Sequence record: SRR2962707_771
Direction: 5' to 3' (one strand)
DNA: 40,178 nucleotides
Below the pieces are notes generated by a model. It searched no databases. It saw only the letters and a list, made by a program, of their open reading frames with translations, and was not told the DNA's origin. Position numbers and translations under genes: made by a program. Shown piece after piece: positions 18,211-27,311 of this stretch (position 1 is the stretch's first letter; every line of letters starts with the position of its first letter).

Positions 18211-18557
18211 TGGATTCTCTTGAAACGCTGAAAGTCGCTATGCGTGAATTCGCCAAGGAGCGAGAGTGGGATCAGTTCCACTCTCCTAAAAACCTTTCTA
18301 TGGCATTGGCTGGTGAAACGGCCGAGTTGTTGGATTGTTTTCGTTGGTTGACCGAAGAGGCGTCTTATCAATTGGACGCGGCACAATCCCAAGCGGTCAA
18401 AGAAGAGCTGGCAGACGTACTGCTCTTTACTGTGCGTTTGGCGGACAAACTGAATATTGATTTAATGGCGGCGGCAGAGCAGAAAATTGAGAAAAACGCG
18501 CGTCATTACCCAGTAGACAAAGTCAAAGGCAGTGCGAAAAAATACAATCAGTATTAG
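18210..18557 (+). CDS. MazG-like nucleotide pyrophosphohydrolase (DCTPP1-like)
   Basis: FAKEREWDQFHSPKNLSMALAGETAEL, EELADV, KIEKNARHYP; TAATG overlap with the peptidase gene. Confidence 0.9.
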   Translation: MDSLETLKVAMREFAKEREWDQFHSPKNLSMALAGETAELLDCFRWLTEEASYQLDAAQSQAVKEELADVLLFTVRLADKLNIDLMAAAEQKIEKNARHYPVDKVKGSAKKYNQY

Positions 18558-18739
18558 CGCATACGCTGAGCCAAGAAGGCAAATTATTGCTAGCAGTATT
18601 TGATCAACTGGATTAGCATCAGCGGCGAAAAATATCGTTTCAAAAGGCGATTGATGGGCACTGTAATAGGTGATGAACATGGTGCCAAAAAGGATAAAAC
18701 CTTACCTATTTAATAACATGACAGTTTAGGACGTAGAAA

Positions 18740-19312
18740 ATGCCAAAGGCTAGTGAAATCAAAAAAAATATGGCCATCGAATACGACGGCAAAACGTACA
18801 TTGTAAGAGACATTGAACGTTCTGTACCACAAGGCCGCGCAGGTGGCAGCTTGTACCGCATGCGTATGTACGATGTTGTGACGGATCGCAAAGTGGATGA
18901 AACATTTAAAGATTCTGAAATGTTGAATCTGGCTGATTTGGTGCGTCGCCCAGTGATGTTTTCTTACGCCGACGGCGAAGAATACGTTTTCATGGACAAC
19001 GAAGATTACACGCCTTATAGCTTGAACAAATCGTCAATCGAAGAAGAATTGCTGTTCATCAATGAAGCCACTGCGGGTATTCAAATTGTCTTGGTTGATG
19101 ATGCGCCTGTTGCCTTGGAATTGCCGACCAACGTTGAGCTAGAAGTCATCGAAACCGACCCTTCTATCAAGGGCGCATCTGCTACGTCTCGAAACAAGCC
19201 TGCGAAGCTAGCGACGGGTGCGATTATTCAAGTGCCTGAGCATATTTCGACTGGTGATAAGATCAAGGTAAACGTGGAAGAACGCAAATTTGCAGGGCGC
19301 GCTGAGAAATAA
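18740..19312 (+). CDS. yeiP: Elongation factor P-like protein EfpL/YeiP
   Basis: [10 protein letters not shown]-terminus, loop SVPQGR(33)[27 protein letters not shown]. Confidence 0.88.
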   Translation: MPKASEIKKNMAIEYDGKTYIVRDIERSVPQGRAGGSLYRMRMYDVVTDRKVDETFKDSEMLNLADLVRRPVMFSYADGEEYVFMDNEDYTPYSLNKSSIEEELLFINEATAGIQIVLVDDAPVALELPTNVELEVIETDPSIKGASATSRNKPAKLATGAIIQVPEHISTGDKIKVNVEERKFAGRAEK

Positions 19313-19344
19313 CAGCCGCTTTGGAATAACAGATCGATTCTGAT

Positions 19345-19370
19345 AAAACGCAGCCTAGGCTGCGTTTTTT
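19345..19370 (+). terminator. Intrinsic terminator
   Basis: AAAACGCAGC-CTAG-GCTGCGTTTTTT. Confidence 0.88.
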
Positions 19371-19517
19371 ATGGCAGACTATTGGCGTAAAGCGCGTTTT
19401 ATTTCTCAGCGCAGGTGGCTTTTCCTGTACAATTCGCGCATCGTATTTTCTGTGTGTTTCTTCTTATCCAGATGAACGCAGCTTCCACCACTTTTACGCA
19501 GTAAGTGATTTAACAAC

Positions 19518-20072
19518 ATGGCGACTAAAGCAACCGTATACAAAGCTTCTTTACAAGTGTCCGATATGGACCGCAATCATTACCAAAGTTACGATTTAAC
19601 CCTAGCACTTCACCCATCAGAAACAGAAGAGCGGATGATGGTGCGCTTGGCCGCATTTGCCTTATTAGCCGATGAAAAAGAAGGCACTGAACAGCTGAGC
19701 TTCACGAAAGGCATTAGCACCGAAGATGAGCCAGATTTATGGCAAAAGAACTTTTCCGACGAAGTGTTGATCTGGGTTGAGTTAGGCCAGCCAGACGAAA
19801 AACGTTTGCGCAAAGCCTGCGGTCGTGGTCAGCAAGTGATCGTGGTTAACTATAACGATAAGTCTGATATTTGGTGGGAACAAAACAAAGGCAAGACGAG
19901 CCGCTTTAATAATCTGCGCATTTTAAAATTCGCAGAATCAGAAGTGCAAAAATTGTCCGCGTTATGCGCTCGCTCTATGCAGCTGAATGTAACCATTCAA
20001 GACAGTGAAATGTGGGTGTCTAGTGAACGTGGCGAATGCAGTTTAACCCCAATTTGGCGAGGCGAGCATTAA
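19518..20072 (+). CDS. yaeQ: YaeQ family protein
   Basis: MATKATVYK, LALHPSETEERMMVRL, EPDLW, WVELGQPDEKRLRKACGR. Confidence 0.92.
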   Translation: MATKATVYKASLQVSDMDRNHYQSYDLTLALHPSETEERMMVRLAAFALLADEKEGTEQLSFTKGISTEDEPDLWQKNFSDEVLIWVELGQPDEKRLRKACGRGQQVIVVNYNDKSDIWWEQNKGKTSRFNNLRILKFAESEVQKLSALCARSMQLNVTIQDSEMWVSSERGECSLTPIWRGEH

Positions 20073-20110
20073 GCTCACCTCAACCACTTTATACTTGAAA
20101 CCTTAAAAGA

Positions 20111-20854
20111 TTACGCCTTGTGCAGTGTCTTTTGAAACAGCGCCACGGCTTTTGTATAGCACTCTAAGGCAAGAGCCGGGTCGTATCTATCCCCTTCGTC
20201 GCGCATAAACGCGTGCTGACCATTGACTTCATACCAAGTAAAATTTCGATCTGTATCAAGCAATTTCTGATAGATTTTCTGGCGACCTTGCGTAGGCACA
20301 TGAGGGTCTTGTTTGCCCCATACCATGGTTAACTCGCCTTGGATCTCTTGCGTGCGGGTAAAAGAATCGTTGCCTTCATCGCAAGGGATAGTATTCGAAT
20401 GGATGTCTGTTGCATACAAACAGAAACTGGCTTGGATGCGAGGGTTGAGCGCCGCACGATAAGCTAGGTGTCCACCTAAACACACACCCATGGAGCCAAA
20501 CTGCCCTGTGCAGTATTCCTGTTGAGTAAAGTAATCCAACATGGCGACAGTGTCCGTGTCGTGGGCTTCTAATGTCTTGGTAAACTTGTCCTCGTTGCCT
20601 TTGTCTTTCCCTTCGTCGTCGTAACCCAACACGGTGCCAATCGGGTTTAACTCATGAAACACCTCAGGTACGACAACCACAAAGCCATGGCCAGCCATAA
20701 TGGCGGCAGAGCGGGCAATGGGGGCAGTTTGTTGGAAAATCTCAGAATAGAAGAAAATACAAGGAAAGCGACCGTCGGCTTGGGGGCGATACACGGTGCA
20801 ACGCATGGTGCCTGTCGGCGTGTTAAGATCCTGATCGTGTTTTTGAATAATCAT
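20111..20854 (-). CDS. Dienelactone hydrolase family protein
   Basis: YSEIF, nucleophile GVCLGG, QDPHVP, HAFMRD. Confidence 0.9.
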   Translation of the reverse strand: MIIQKHDQDLNTPTGTMRCTVYRPQADGRFPCIFFYSEIFQQTAPIARSAAIMAGHGFVVVVPEVFHELNPIGTVLGYDDEGKDKGNEDKFTKTLEAHDTDTVAMLDYFTQQEYCTGQFGSMGVCLGGHLAYRAALNPRIQASFCLYATDIHSNTIPCDEGNDSFTRTQEIQGELTMVWGKQDPHVPTQGRQKIYQKLLDTDRNFTWYEVNGQHAFMRDEGDRYDPALALECYTKAVALFQKTLHKA

Positions 20855-21009
20855 GGTTTACCTAATGTCAGTGTCTAATTAAAAGAAAAAGAGCGTAACA
20901 ACAAGGATGACAAATCCGTTATAACGGACATGATATTCGACCCAACAACGATGAGCCAGTATCAACCAAGAAATAGGAAGGGGTTGGTCTTAATGAGTAA
21001 GAGGATTTT

Positions 21010-22113
21010 GTGCGAATTTTATTGATTAGTGCTTACGAAGCAAGCAGCCATAAAGCGTGGGCCGACGCATTGATGAGCAACCTGCCGGAGCATGATTGGA
21101 CCTATATGGCATTGCCGCCGCGGCATTTTGCTTGGCGTATTCGAGGCAACGCCATGAGCTTTGCGTTTGACCCTAAGTTCAAACCCTTGTTAGAAAAGCC
21201 TTATGATTTGATCATGGCCACGTCGATGACAGATTGCGTGGGATTAAAAGCCTTTTGCCCTGATCTACAAAATATCCCTTGGTTGCTGTATTTTCACGAA
21301 AATCAATTTGCCTACCCAGCGAGTGATAAACAGCAAGGCTTGGTCGAAATGCAAATGGTGACTTTGTACAGCGCGTTGGCGGCGGATCAATGCGTGTTTA
21401 ACAGTCAATTTAATAAAGACTCTTTTTTCTCTGGTGCGCGGGCCCTGCTTAAGAAACTGCCGGATTATGTGTCGCCAGATTGGCTCAGCGTGAGCGAAGA
21501 AAAAGCCTGTGTGGTGCCGGTTCCTGTTTCTGTCCCCACTTTAATGACAAAGCCTCACATCGATAAGCGAGCAGGGCAGGCGCCGATGCGCTTAGTCTGG
21601 TCGGCCAGATGGGAATACGACAAAGGGCCAGATCGTCTGCTCGCCATTCTTCAGGAATTAAGCGCTCGTCATGTGCCGTTTGAAATCGCCATCTTAGGTG
21701 AGCAGTTTCGTTCGATCCCCAAAGAGTTTGAGCAAATTAAGCAGGCATTTTCAGCACAAATCAGCCAATTTGGATTCGCTAAAAACAGACAAGACTACCT
21801 TGATTGTTTAGCGTCTGCTGACATTGTCTTATCCACTGCCTTGCATGAATTTCAAGGCTTGGCCGTACTAGAAGCCGTCGCCCTTGGCTGTGTCCCAGTG
21901 CTACCAAACCGGCAAGTGTACCCAGAGTTATTTGGCGATGAGTTTTTATATCACAGTGACCTGCATGACCCAGAAAAAGAAGCTCAGAGTGCGGTTGATC
22001 TGATGATAAAACTGGCCACAGAGAGCGCCGAAGCACCCTCTGTTGCACCGTTTGAGTTGTCTGCACTCTTACCATTGTACGCAGCTCAGATTCGGCAAAG
22101 CGCAGGCAGGTAG
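21010..22113 (+). CDS. GT-B glycosyltransferase with DUF3524 N-terminal domain (GTDC1/QTMAN-like)
   Basis: SSHK, LPPRHFAWRIRG, YFHENQFAYP, VFNSQFN, RWEYDKGP, STALHEFQGLAVLEA; GTG start with GAGGA SD. Confidence 0.85.
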   Translation: MRILLISAYEASSHKAWADALMSNLPEHDWTYMALPPRHFAWRIRGNAMSFAFDPKFKPLLEKPYDLIMATSMTDCVGLKAFCPDLQNIPWLLYFHENQFAYPASDKQQGLVEMQMVTLYSALAADQCVFNSQFNKDSFFSGARALLKKLPDYVSPDWLSVSEEKACVVPVPVSVPTLMTKPHIDKRAGQAPMRLVWSARWEYDKGPDRLLAILQELSARHVPFEIAILGEQFRSIPKEFEQIKQAFSAQISQFGFAKNRQDYLDCLASADIVLSTALHEFQGLAVLEAVALGCVPVLPNRQVYPELFGDEFLYHSDLHDPEKEAQSAVDLMIKLATESAEAPSVAPFELSALLPLYAAQIRQSAGR

Positions 22114-22140
22114 TGCTTTGAATATTAGTGCTTTAAATAT
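22111..22140. repeat. 15-bp tandem duplication TAGTGCTTT(G/A)AATAT x2
   Basis: Directly visible, with one mismatch; it fills the gap between the convergent glycosyltransferase and dabA genes. Confidence 0.7.
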
Positions 22141-22146
22141 TAATGG

Positions 22147-24528
22147 TTAGGCCTGCCATTCTTGCTGATAAAAGCGTTCGATGGTTTGGTCTTGCCAGTA
22201 AAAAAGAGACAGCCAGTCGTTGTCGATGAGTTGCCTTACTGTCTCATGTTTGGCGACTATGTCTGCAATGGCGCTTTTAGGGGCGGAAATATAGACGGCT
22301 AATCTGACCGGTGTGTGCATCCAATTTTTACCGTCGCTGATAGATTGCATGGGCAAGCCAATGCGCAAATCCCCGCCGTTGCCTTCAAAAACGCCAATAT
22401 TGCCGCCGACGGCATTGTGCAGCACTTTATTACCGCTACCGAACTTAAAGTGGTCGGTCACCGATAAGTTGTATTGCATATTGATCCAGTGGGCCACGAG
22501 CATTGGCGCGGTTAACAGGCGCTCTAAAATGCCAAAATCAGAATCGGTTTGATAATCGTAATCGTGTAAAAAACTGCGACCCTTTAAGTTGAGCTGACGA
22601 GTTTGTTGGCGTGGTGCGATGATAAAGGCATGGTTGTTGGCCAATCCCCATTCTGGGTTGACTTGAGACCAATCGTTCGCGCGTTTTATAAATGCTTTAT
22701 GGCGTTGCTTGTCCGATACATTGAGTAGGGAGGCATCGAGTTTCTTCGCTCGTTCTTTTTGTGTGCCGTACATGGCTTGTTCTAACCAATGGCTTTGTTG
22801 AGGCGTGGTTTGGTGGTCAAAGCAGGTGAGCTGATCCGTGGTGGTATTGTGCAGAGCCGCGACAAATGTTGTGTGCTGAGGGATCTTGATGCCCATGGTG
22901 TGTAAGCATGAGCGAACTTCTGCGTCGTTTAATAATCTGCTCAGTACTTTGACATTCACTTCACCGCTTTGCCCACCGCAGGCGCCGCACTCTAATCCAG
23001 CCGCATGCAGGTTGTTACTGGTATGGCTGCCATGACCAACCAAGAGCACGGTTTCTGCATAGTGCTTTATTCCCATGGTGTCTAATATGCCTTTAGCAAG
23101 CTTGGCTTTATCTTGTGTCGTTAATGGTTCGCCATTTTGGGTTATGTTCCACTGGGTGTTGGGCGCTAGTCTTGCCGCAGGGTTCGTTTGGCGCTTTGAA
23201 AACAGCGTTTGCTTGAACATTTTAAAGGCATACCACCAACCCATAGATTCGACCATTGAGAAAGTGGCTGGTGCAGAATGCCCCCAACGTTGCCAGCGGG
23301 CTTGTTGTTGCTCTTTTTGAGCGTGCTCAATATTAGTTTCGCATTCGCTTACTGTGATCGATGGCGATAATAAACCGGGTAACTGAGGCCTTGAGAAGGC
23401 GCTGTCTTTGGCTTTGTATTCGATGGGTAACCCAAAAAAGCCTGCAAACCCAAAGGTTTGTATGGCGTCATCTTGTTTCTCTAAAGCGCGTCTGATGACT
23501 TCGGAGCGAACATCGATGCAGAACACCGCCTGCAATACTGGCGGGCGTTGTTTTGTTAAGGGGTAGGATTGGGAGGTGAGCAGTGTATTGAGCTGTTTTT
23601 GCTCCGCATACTCTAAGGCCAAAGCCCAGATTTTTGCGCTCAGCAAGGCCTCTTTATGCTTGGCAATATGTTGTTCTATTGTCTGTTTTTGTTTTTCCCA
23701 CGCTTGTTTGATGGCGCTTGCCTGAGGGTTCTCTTGGGAGGTTAAGTAACGCCAGATGACCAGTTCCCACGCCATCTTAATCGCCAGCAACGACATTAAA
23801 TGATCTTCTTGGTCGTTGGGATTTTGCCAATGCAGATAAGCGAGATAACTGCTCCAGCCGTTAATGTCTAACAGTAAAGCATGGGCGTAGTAGGGCAAGG
23901 AGGCGTCATCCAGTGCCAATTCTTCAATGGCCAGCGCAAAGAGTTGATCCGTATTGTTTGGTAACGCGTTGAACAGATGAATTAGCTTAGGCTCATCAAG
24001 AACAATGCTCAATCCCTTGTCTTGCGTGGTAATGGTGAGCCAATGGGGGTATAGGTGTGTTTGATCATTACTGCTCATTTGTCTGAGTGTTGGGCTCACT
24101 TGCTGGTAATGATCGGCACAAAACTGACTCACTTGATGCGTGATTTCATCGTGCCACGACATTTTCGTCGCCGGCCTTTCTTGATCAGCTAAGTCGGCGA
24201 TGTTTTGCCATGGCGTCAGTGTTGGGGTTGGCTTAGAAAGCATTTCGATGAGCGATTCTGCTAATGCATCCACCGCATAATGTTGCGCGGCTTTGGTGAG
24301 CGACGCTTGATCAATGCGCCCCTGTTTAAACCAAGCGACATAGGTTTCTATCGGCAAATGGGCTTTGATCCCTGCGATGGCGGATAACTCAGCCGCCACA
24401 GTATCAAACGGCTTATCAATCAATGACCATAATGGATTAACGGCTATGAGTTTATCGAGAGGCCAGCTCGGGGCGATTTTTTTAGTGGCGGTCACTAATA
24501 GGCTTTTTTGCTGATTGTTCATAGTCAT
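22147..24528 (-). CDS. dabA: Inorganic carbon transporter subunit DabA (DUF2309/UPF0753, MpsB-like)
   Basis: IAPSWPL..IAVNP; Zn-ligand motifs FCIDVRSE, VGHGS and LECGACGG; HNTTTD, PEWGL, GRSFLHDY, TAPMLVAHWINMQY, GDLRIGLP. Confidence 0.92.
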   Translation of the reverse strand: MTMNNQQKSLLVTATKKIAPSWPLDKLIAVNPLWSLIDKPFDTVAAELSAIAGIKAHLPIETYVAWFKQGRIDQASLTKAAQHYAVDALAESLIEMLSKPTPTLTPWQNIADLADQERPATKMSWHDEITHQVSQFCADHYQQVSPTLRQMSSNDQTHLYPHWLTITTQDKGLSIVLDEPKLIHLFNALPNNTDQLFALAIEELALDDASLPYYAHALLLDINGWSSYLAYLHWQNPNDQEDHLMSLLAIKMAWELVIWRYLTSQENPQASAIKQAWEKQKQTIEQHIAKHKEALLSAKIWALALEYAEQKQLNTLLTSQSYPLTKQRPPVLQAVFCIDVRSEVIRRALEKQDDAIQTFGFAGFFGLPIEYKAKDSAFSRPQLPGLLSPSITVSECETNIEHAQKEQQQARWQRWGHSAPATFSMVESMGWWYAFKMFKQTLFSKRQTNPAARLAPNTQWNITQNGEPLTTQDKAKLAKGILDTMGIKHYAETVLLVGHGSHTSNNLHAAGLECGACGGQSGEVNVKVLSRLLNDAEVRSCLHTMGIKIPQHTTFVAALHNTTTDQLTCFDHQTTPQQSHWLEQAMYGTQKERAKKLDASLLNVSDKQRHKAFIKRANDWSQVNPEWGLANNHAFIIAPRQQTRQLNLKGRSFLHDYDYQTDSDFGILERLLTAPMLVAHWINMQYNLSVTDHFKFGSGNKVLHNAVGGNIGVFEGNGGDLRIGLPMQSISDGKNWMHTPVRLAVYISAPKSAIADIVAKHETVRQLIDNDWLSLFYWQDQTIERFYQQEWQA

Positions 24529-24537
24529 GCTAATTCC

Positions 24538-26145
24538 CTAAAAATGCTCAGGTAAGCTGAGGTCAGAAAACGACGTTGAGTGCTGTTCTTTGGCTCTTGC
24601 TGGTAAGTGAACGGGCCAGATTTTTAGCGCCGCACGGGTGACCCACTCGTCTAGGTACAAGCCCGCGAAAAGCGTCATAGAAAGGCGTCGTACGAATGGC
24701 CAATGAACTTGGTAGTGCAACAGAAGATGGGTCGCAAAGAGCAATGTAAATAAGCTCATTGCCCAGATGTCAGGGTAAGAAAATGCGCGAACCTGACCGG
24801 TTTCAGGAGGCAAGGCAAACCAGATGGCAGTCTTTAATGAGGCATAAATAAGCGTTAGCACTGCGCCGGTAATTAAGGTCGTTAACCATGATGCAGGGTG
24901 CTCAGAAGTGCGCCACTGAATAATCAAAATACTCAGTGCCAAGGCGAATAGCCACCAGGTGCTGAAGGCTGTTTCAAAATGAAAGGCAAAGCGTACTGCT
25001 ACGACACAAGCGGTGGCGATGGTGAGCGCTAAAAACCACTCTTTTAGCTTGGGTAAAGAAGGTGTCTTCGCGCTGTGTTTTGTCGGTGCTGAGAGAGCCA
25101 ACCGCAAATAATCGTTTACCGCATTGCCTGAGTTAAGGAAGGAATAGGCCTTGTAAAAAGAGTGAGCAAGCAAGTGCAACAGCACTAACTCATAAAGGCC
25201 GAGGGCAAATTCCAACAACATTAACCCCATTTGCGCGCTGGTTGACCACGCTAGGCGAACTTTAACGCTGATGCGCGTGGTCATCACCAAGCTGCTGGCA
25301 AGCGTGGACAGGCCCGCCACAATGAGTAATAGCCAAATGGCAGACAAGCTTTGGGACACAAGCGGGGTAAAGAGCAGCAACATATAGCCGCCTAAATTGA
25401 TCACCCCAGCATGAAGCAAAGCACTGACGGGGGTAGGGGATTCGACCACTTGAATGAGCCAGCCATGAAAAGGCAATTGGGCACATTTAATTAAGGCGGC
25501 AAAAGCAATCAAACAAGCGGCCAGTTGGTCTTGCCACGACAGCGCTTGCCCCATGCTCTCTTGCTGTGTCAAAGACGAAAGAATGCTGCTTATGTAGAAA
25601 CTTTGGTGTTGTTGGTAAAGGAGCATAAACGCAATGAACAGCGTCAGTTCGGCGATCCGCGCTAAGATGAATTTTTTATGAGCCGCTAAAATCGCACGAG
25701 GTCGATCAGGGAAAAAAGTCAGTAAGTTGTGCAGCGAGAGGCTAATGCACAGCCAGCCAAGCCAAAACAGCATAAGGTGGTTGGACATCACCGTCAGAGC
25801 CACAGAAGCAAGGGTAAACATAAGCCACCGGTAATAGCGGGCGCGATTGGCTTGTCCATTCATATACTGGCGTGAAAAGCGCAACAGTACCCAGCTCATC
25901 ACCACGATCAGCGCCAGCATAATCTGGCTAAGTACAGTGTGATGAAGAAGCGCATGGTCTTGCTTTGGTGTGGTTAAAAAGTAATGCACCCCTAGATTTA
26001 TGCCATAAAGAAAGAGCAAGCCTCGACTTAACCAAACGGCATTTTGTGGCACCGAGGTCGATTTTTCTCGACAGCCAAACCATCCGCACAGCACCAGCGC
26101 GAGAGGAATAAGAACAGGTAAAAAACTCCAAGTGACCACAGGCAC
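24538..26145 (-). CDS. dabB: Inorganic carbon transporter membrane subunit DabB (NuoL/ND5-like)
   Basis: KCAQLPFHGWL, ESPTPVSALLHAG, KVRLAWST.AQMG, HLLAHSFYKA; ends 9 bp before dabA; GTG start with GGAG SD. Confidence 0.9.
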   Translation of the reverse strand: MPVVTWSFLPVLIPLALVLCGWFGCREKSTSVPQNAVWLSRGLLFLYGINLGVHYFLTTPKQDHALLHHTVLSQIMLALIVVMSWVLLRFSRQYMNGQANRARYYRWLMFTLASVALTVMSNHLMLFWLGWLCISLSLHNLLTFFPDRPRAILAAHKKFILARIAELTLFIAFMLLYQQHQSFYISSILSSLTQQESMGQALSWQDQLAACLIAFAALIKCAQLPFHGWLIQVVESPTPVSALLHAGVINLGGYMLLLFTPLVSQSLSAIWLLLIVAGLSTLASSLVMTTRISVKVRLAWSTSAQMGLMLLEFALGLYELVLLHLLAHSFYKAYSFLNSGNAVNDYLRLALSAPTKHSAKTPSLPKLKEWFLALTIATACVVAVRFAFHFETAFSTWWLFALALSILIIQWRTSEHPASWLTTLITGAVLTLIYASLKTAIWFALPPETGQVRAFSYPDIWAMSLFTLLFATHLLLHYQVHWPFVRRLSMTLFAGLYLDEWVTRAALKIWPVHLPARAKEQHSTSFSDLSLPEHF

Positions 26146-26293
26146 GTTTTTGTCTCCACATTCGGGTTAGATAAGATGGGGGCGATTATGGGGATTTTAT
26201 TGCTATAATAAAAACACATATATTTTATGTAATCGTTCTGTTTTAGTTATGTTTCTGTTGATTGTACTTTGTGTTTTAAAAGGGTCACTGTTC

Positions 26294-27184
26294 ATGGGTC
26301 GATTAAACTACCACCACTTATATTATTTCTGGCGAGTGTCAAAAAATCGCAGTTTGACAGAAGCCGCAGACGAGCTGCATGTCTCTCAGTCCGCCTTGTC
26401 CGCTCAAATTAAACAGCTTGAAAGCAGCCTCAATGTGTCGCTTTTTTTACGACAAGGTCGAAAATTAGTGTTAACCGATGTGGGGCGAAGGGTGCTGGCT
26501 TACGCGCAAGACATCTTTAATACTGGGGAGGAGTTGGAAAATTTTCTTCAAAAAGACAGCGCTTACCAAATGCAGCACATTACCTTAGGGGTGCAAAGTA
26601 ACCTGTCTAGAAACTTCATTGAAAGTTTTATCGAACCTTTATTAGCAAGCAAGAATATCAATTTTTCATTGTCTTCTCGGGGCATGACGGATTTACTTAA
26701 TGGGCTTGTGAACCACGAAATCGACTTGGCTTTGACAAATCGGGCGATTCTGAGTGAAGGCCAAGATACGATCTGGCAAAACCAGCTGGTGGCCAGACAA
26801 CCGGTGGCTATCATTGGGCCTTATGGGGACAAACCGGCCGCCGCATTTCCGGAAGGTTATCAGGATAAAAAATGGGTCGTTCCGGGTAAAAACGCAGACA
26901 TCCGTTCGGCGTTTGAATCTTTCTGTGCGGTGCATCAATATCAACCTGACATCAAAGCAGAAGTGGACGATATGGCCATGTTGCGATTGCTGGCACGCGA
27001 CAGCGGCTATTTATCTGTGTTGCCTCCTGTGGTCGTAAAAGACGAAATTGAATCTAAGGTGTTGGAGGATTACGGCAGTATCCCACAAGCCTTTGAAAGT
27101 TTTTACGCGATTACGGTGCCGAGAAAGTTTGCGGCGCAAAATGTCTTAGATCTGATTAAAACGGCGATTAATAAATACGCATAG
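26294..27184 (+). CDS. LysR family transcriptional regulator (NhaR-like), divergent from dabBA
   Basis: MGRLNYHHLYYFW HTH (SLTEAADELHVSQSALSAQIKQLE), LF.RQGRKLVLT. True start is ATG 26294, not 26249. Confidence 0.92.
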   Translation: MGRLNYHHLYYFWRVSKNRSLTEAADELHVSQSALSAQIKQLESSLNVSLFLRQGRKLVLTDVGRRVLAYAQDIFNTGEELENFLQKDSAYQMQHITLGVQSNLSRNFIESFIEPLLASKNINFSLSSRGMTDLLNGLVNHEIDLALTNRAILSEGQDTIWQNQLVARQPVAIIGPYGDKPAAAFPEGYQDKKWVVPGKNADIRSAFESFCAVHQYQPDIKAEVDDMAMLRLLARDSGYLSVLPPVVVKDEIESKVLEDYGSIPQAFESFYAITVPRKFAAQNVLDLIKTAINKYA

Positions 27185-27246
27185 ACGATAGATTACACTT
27201 GCCTGTGTTTTCTTTGGGATGGACATTAATTTCATAGTAAGGCTTT

Positions 27247-27292
27247 CCATCTCATCTGGACGACCTTGATCGTGTCGTCGCAGATGAGATGG
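27247..27292. terminator. Long hairpin between convergent genes
   Basis: CCATCTCATCTG-GACGAC...GTCGTC-G-CAGATGAGATGG; no clear U-tract. Confidence 0.5.
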
Positions 27293-27311
27293 TGGGTTCG
27301 GCGTGAGTGGC

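Noticed and set aside
18210-18557. MazG-like gene as an anti-phage defence component
   Set aside because: It matches the housekeeping DCTPP1-like pattern and has no defence genes nearby.
24538-26145. Respiratory complex I subunit NuoL or Mrp antiporter
   Set aside because: No other nuo or mrp genes are present; pairing with DUF2309 identifies it as DabB.
26216-26250. LysR binding box (ACATA-N5-TATGT and T-N11-A matches)
   Set aside because: The region is so AT-rich that such matches are expected by chance; a site cannot be pinned down.
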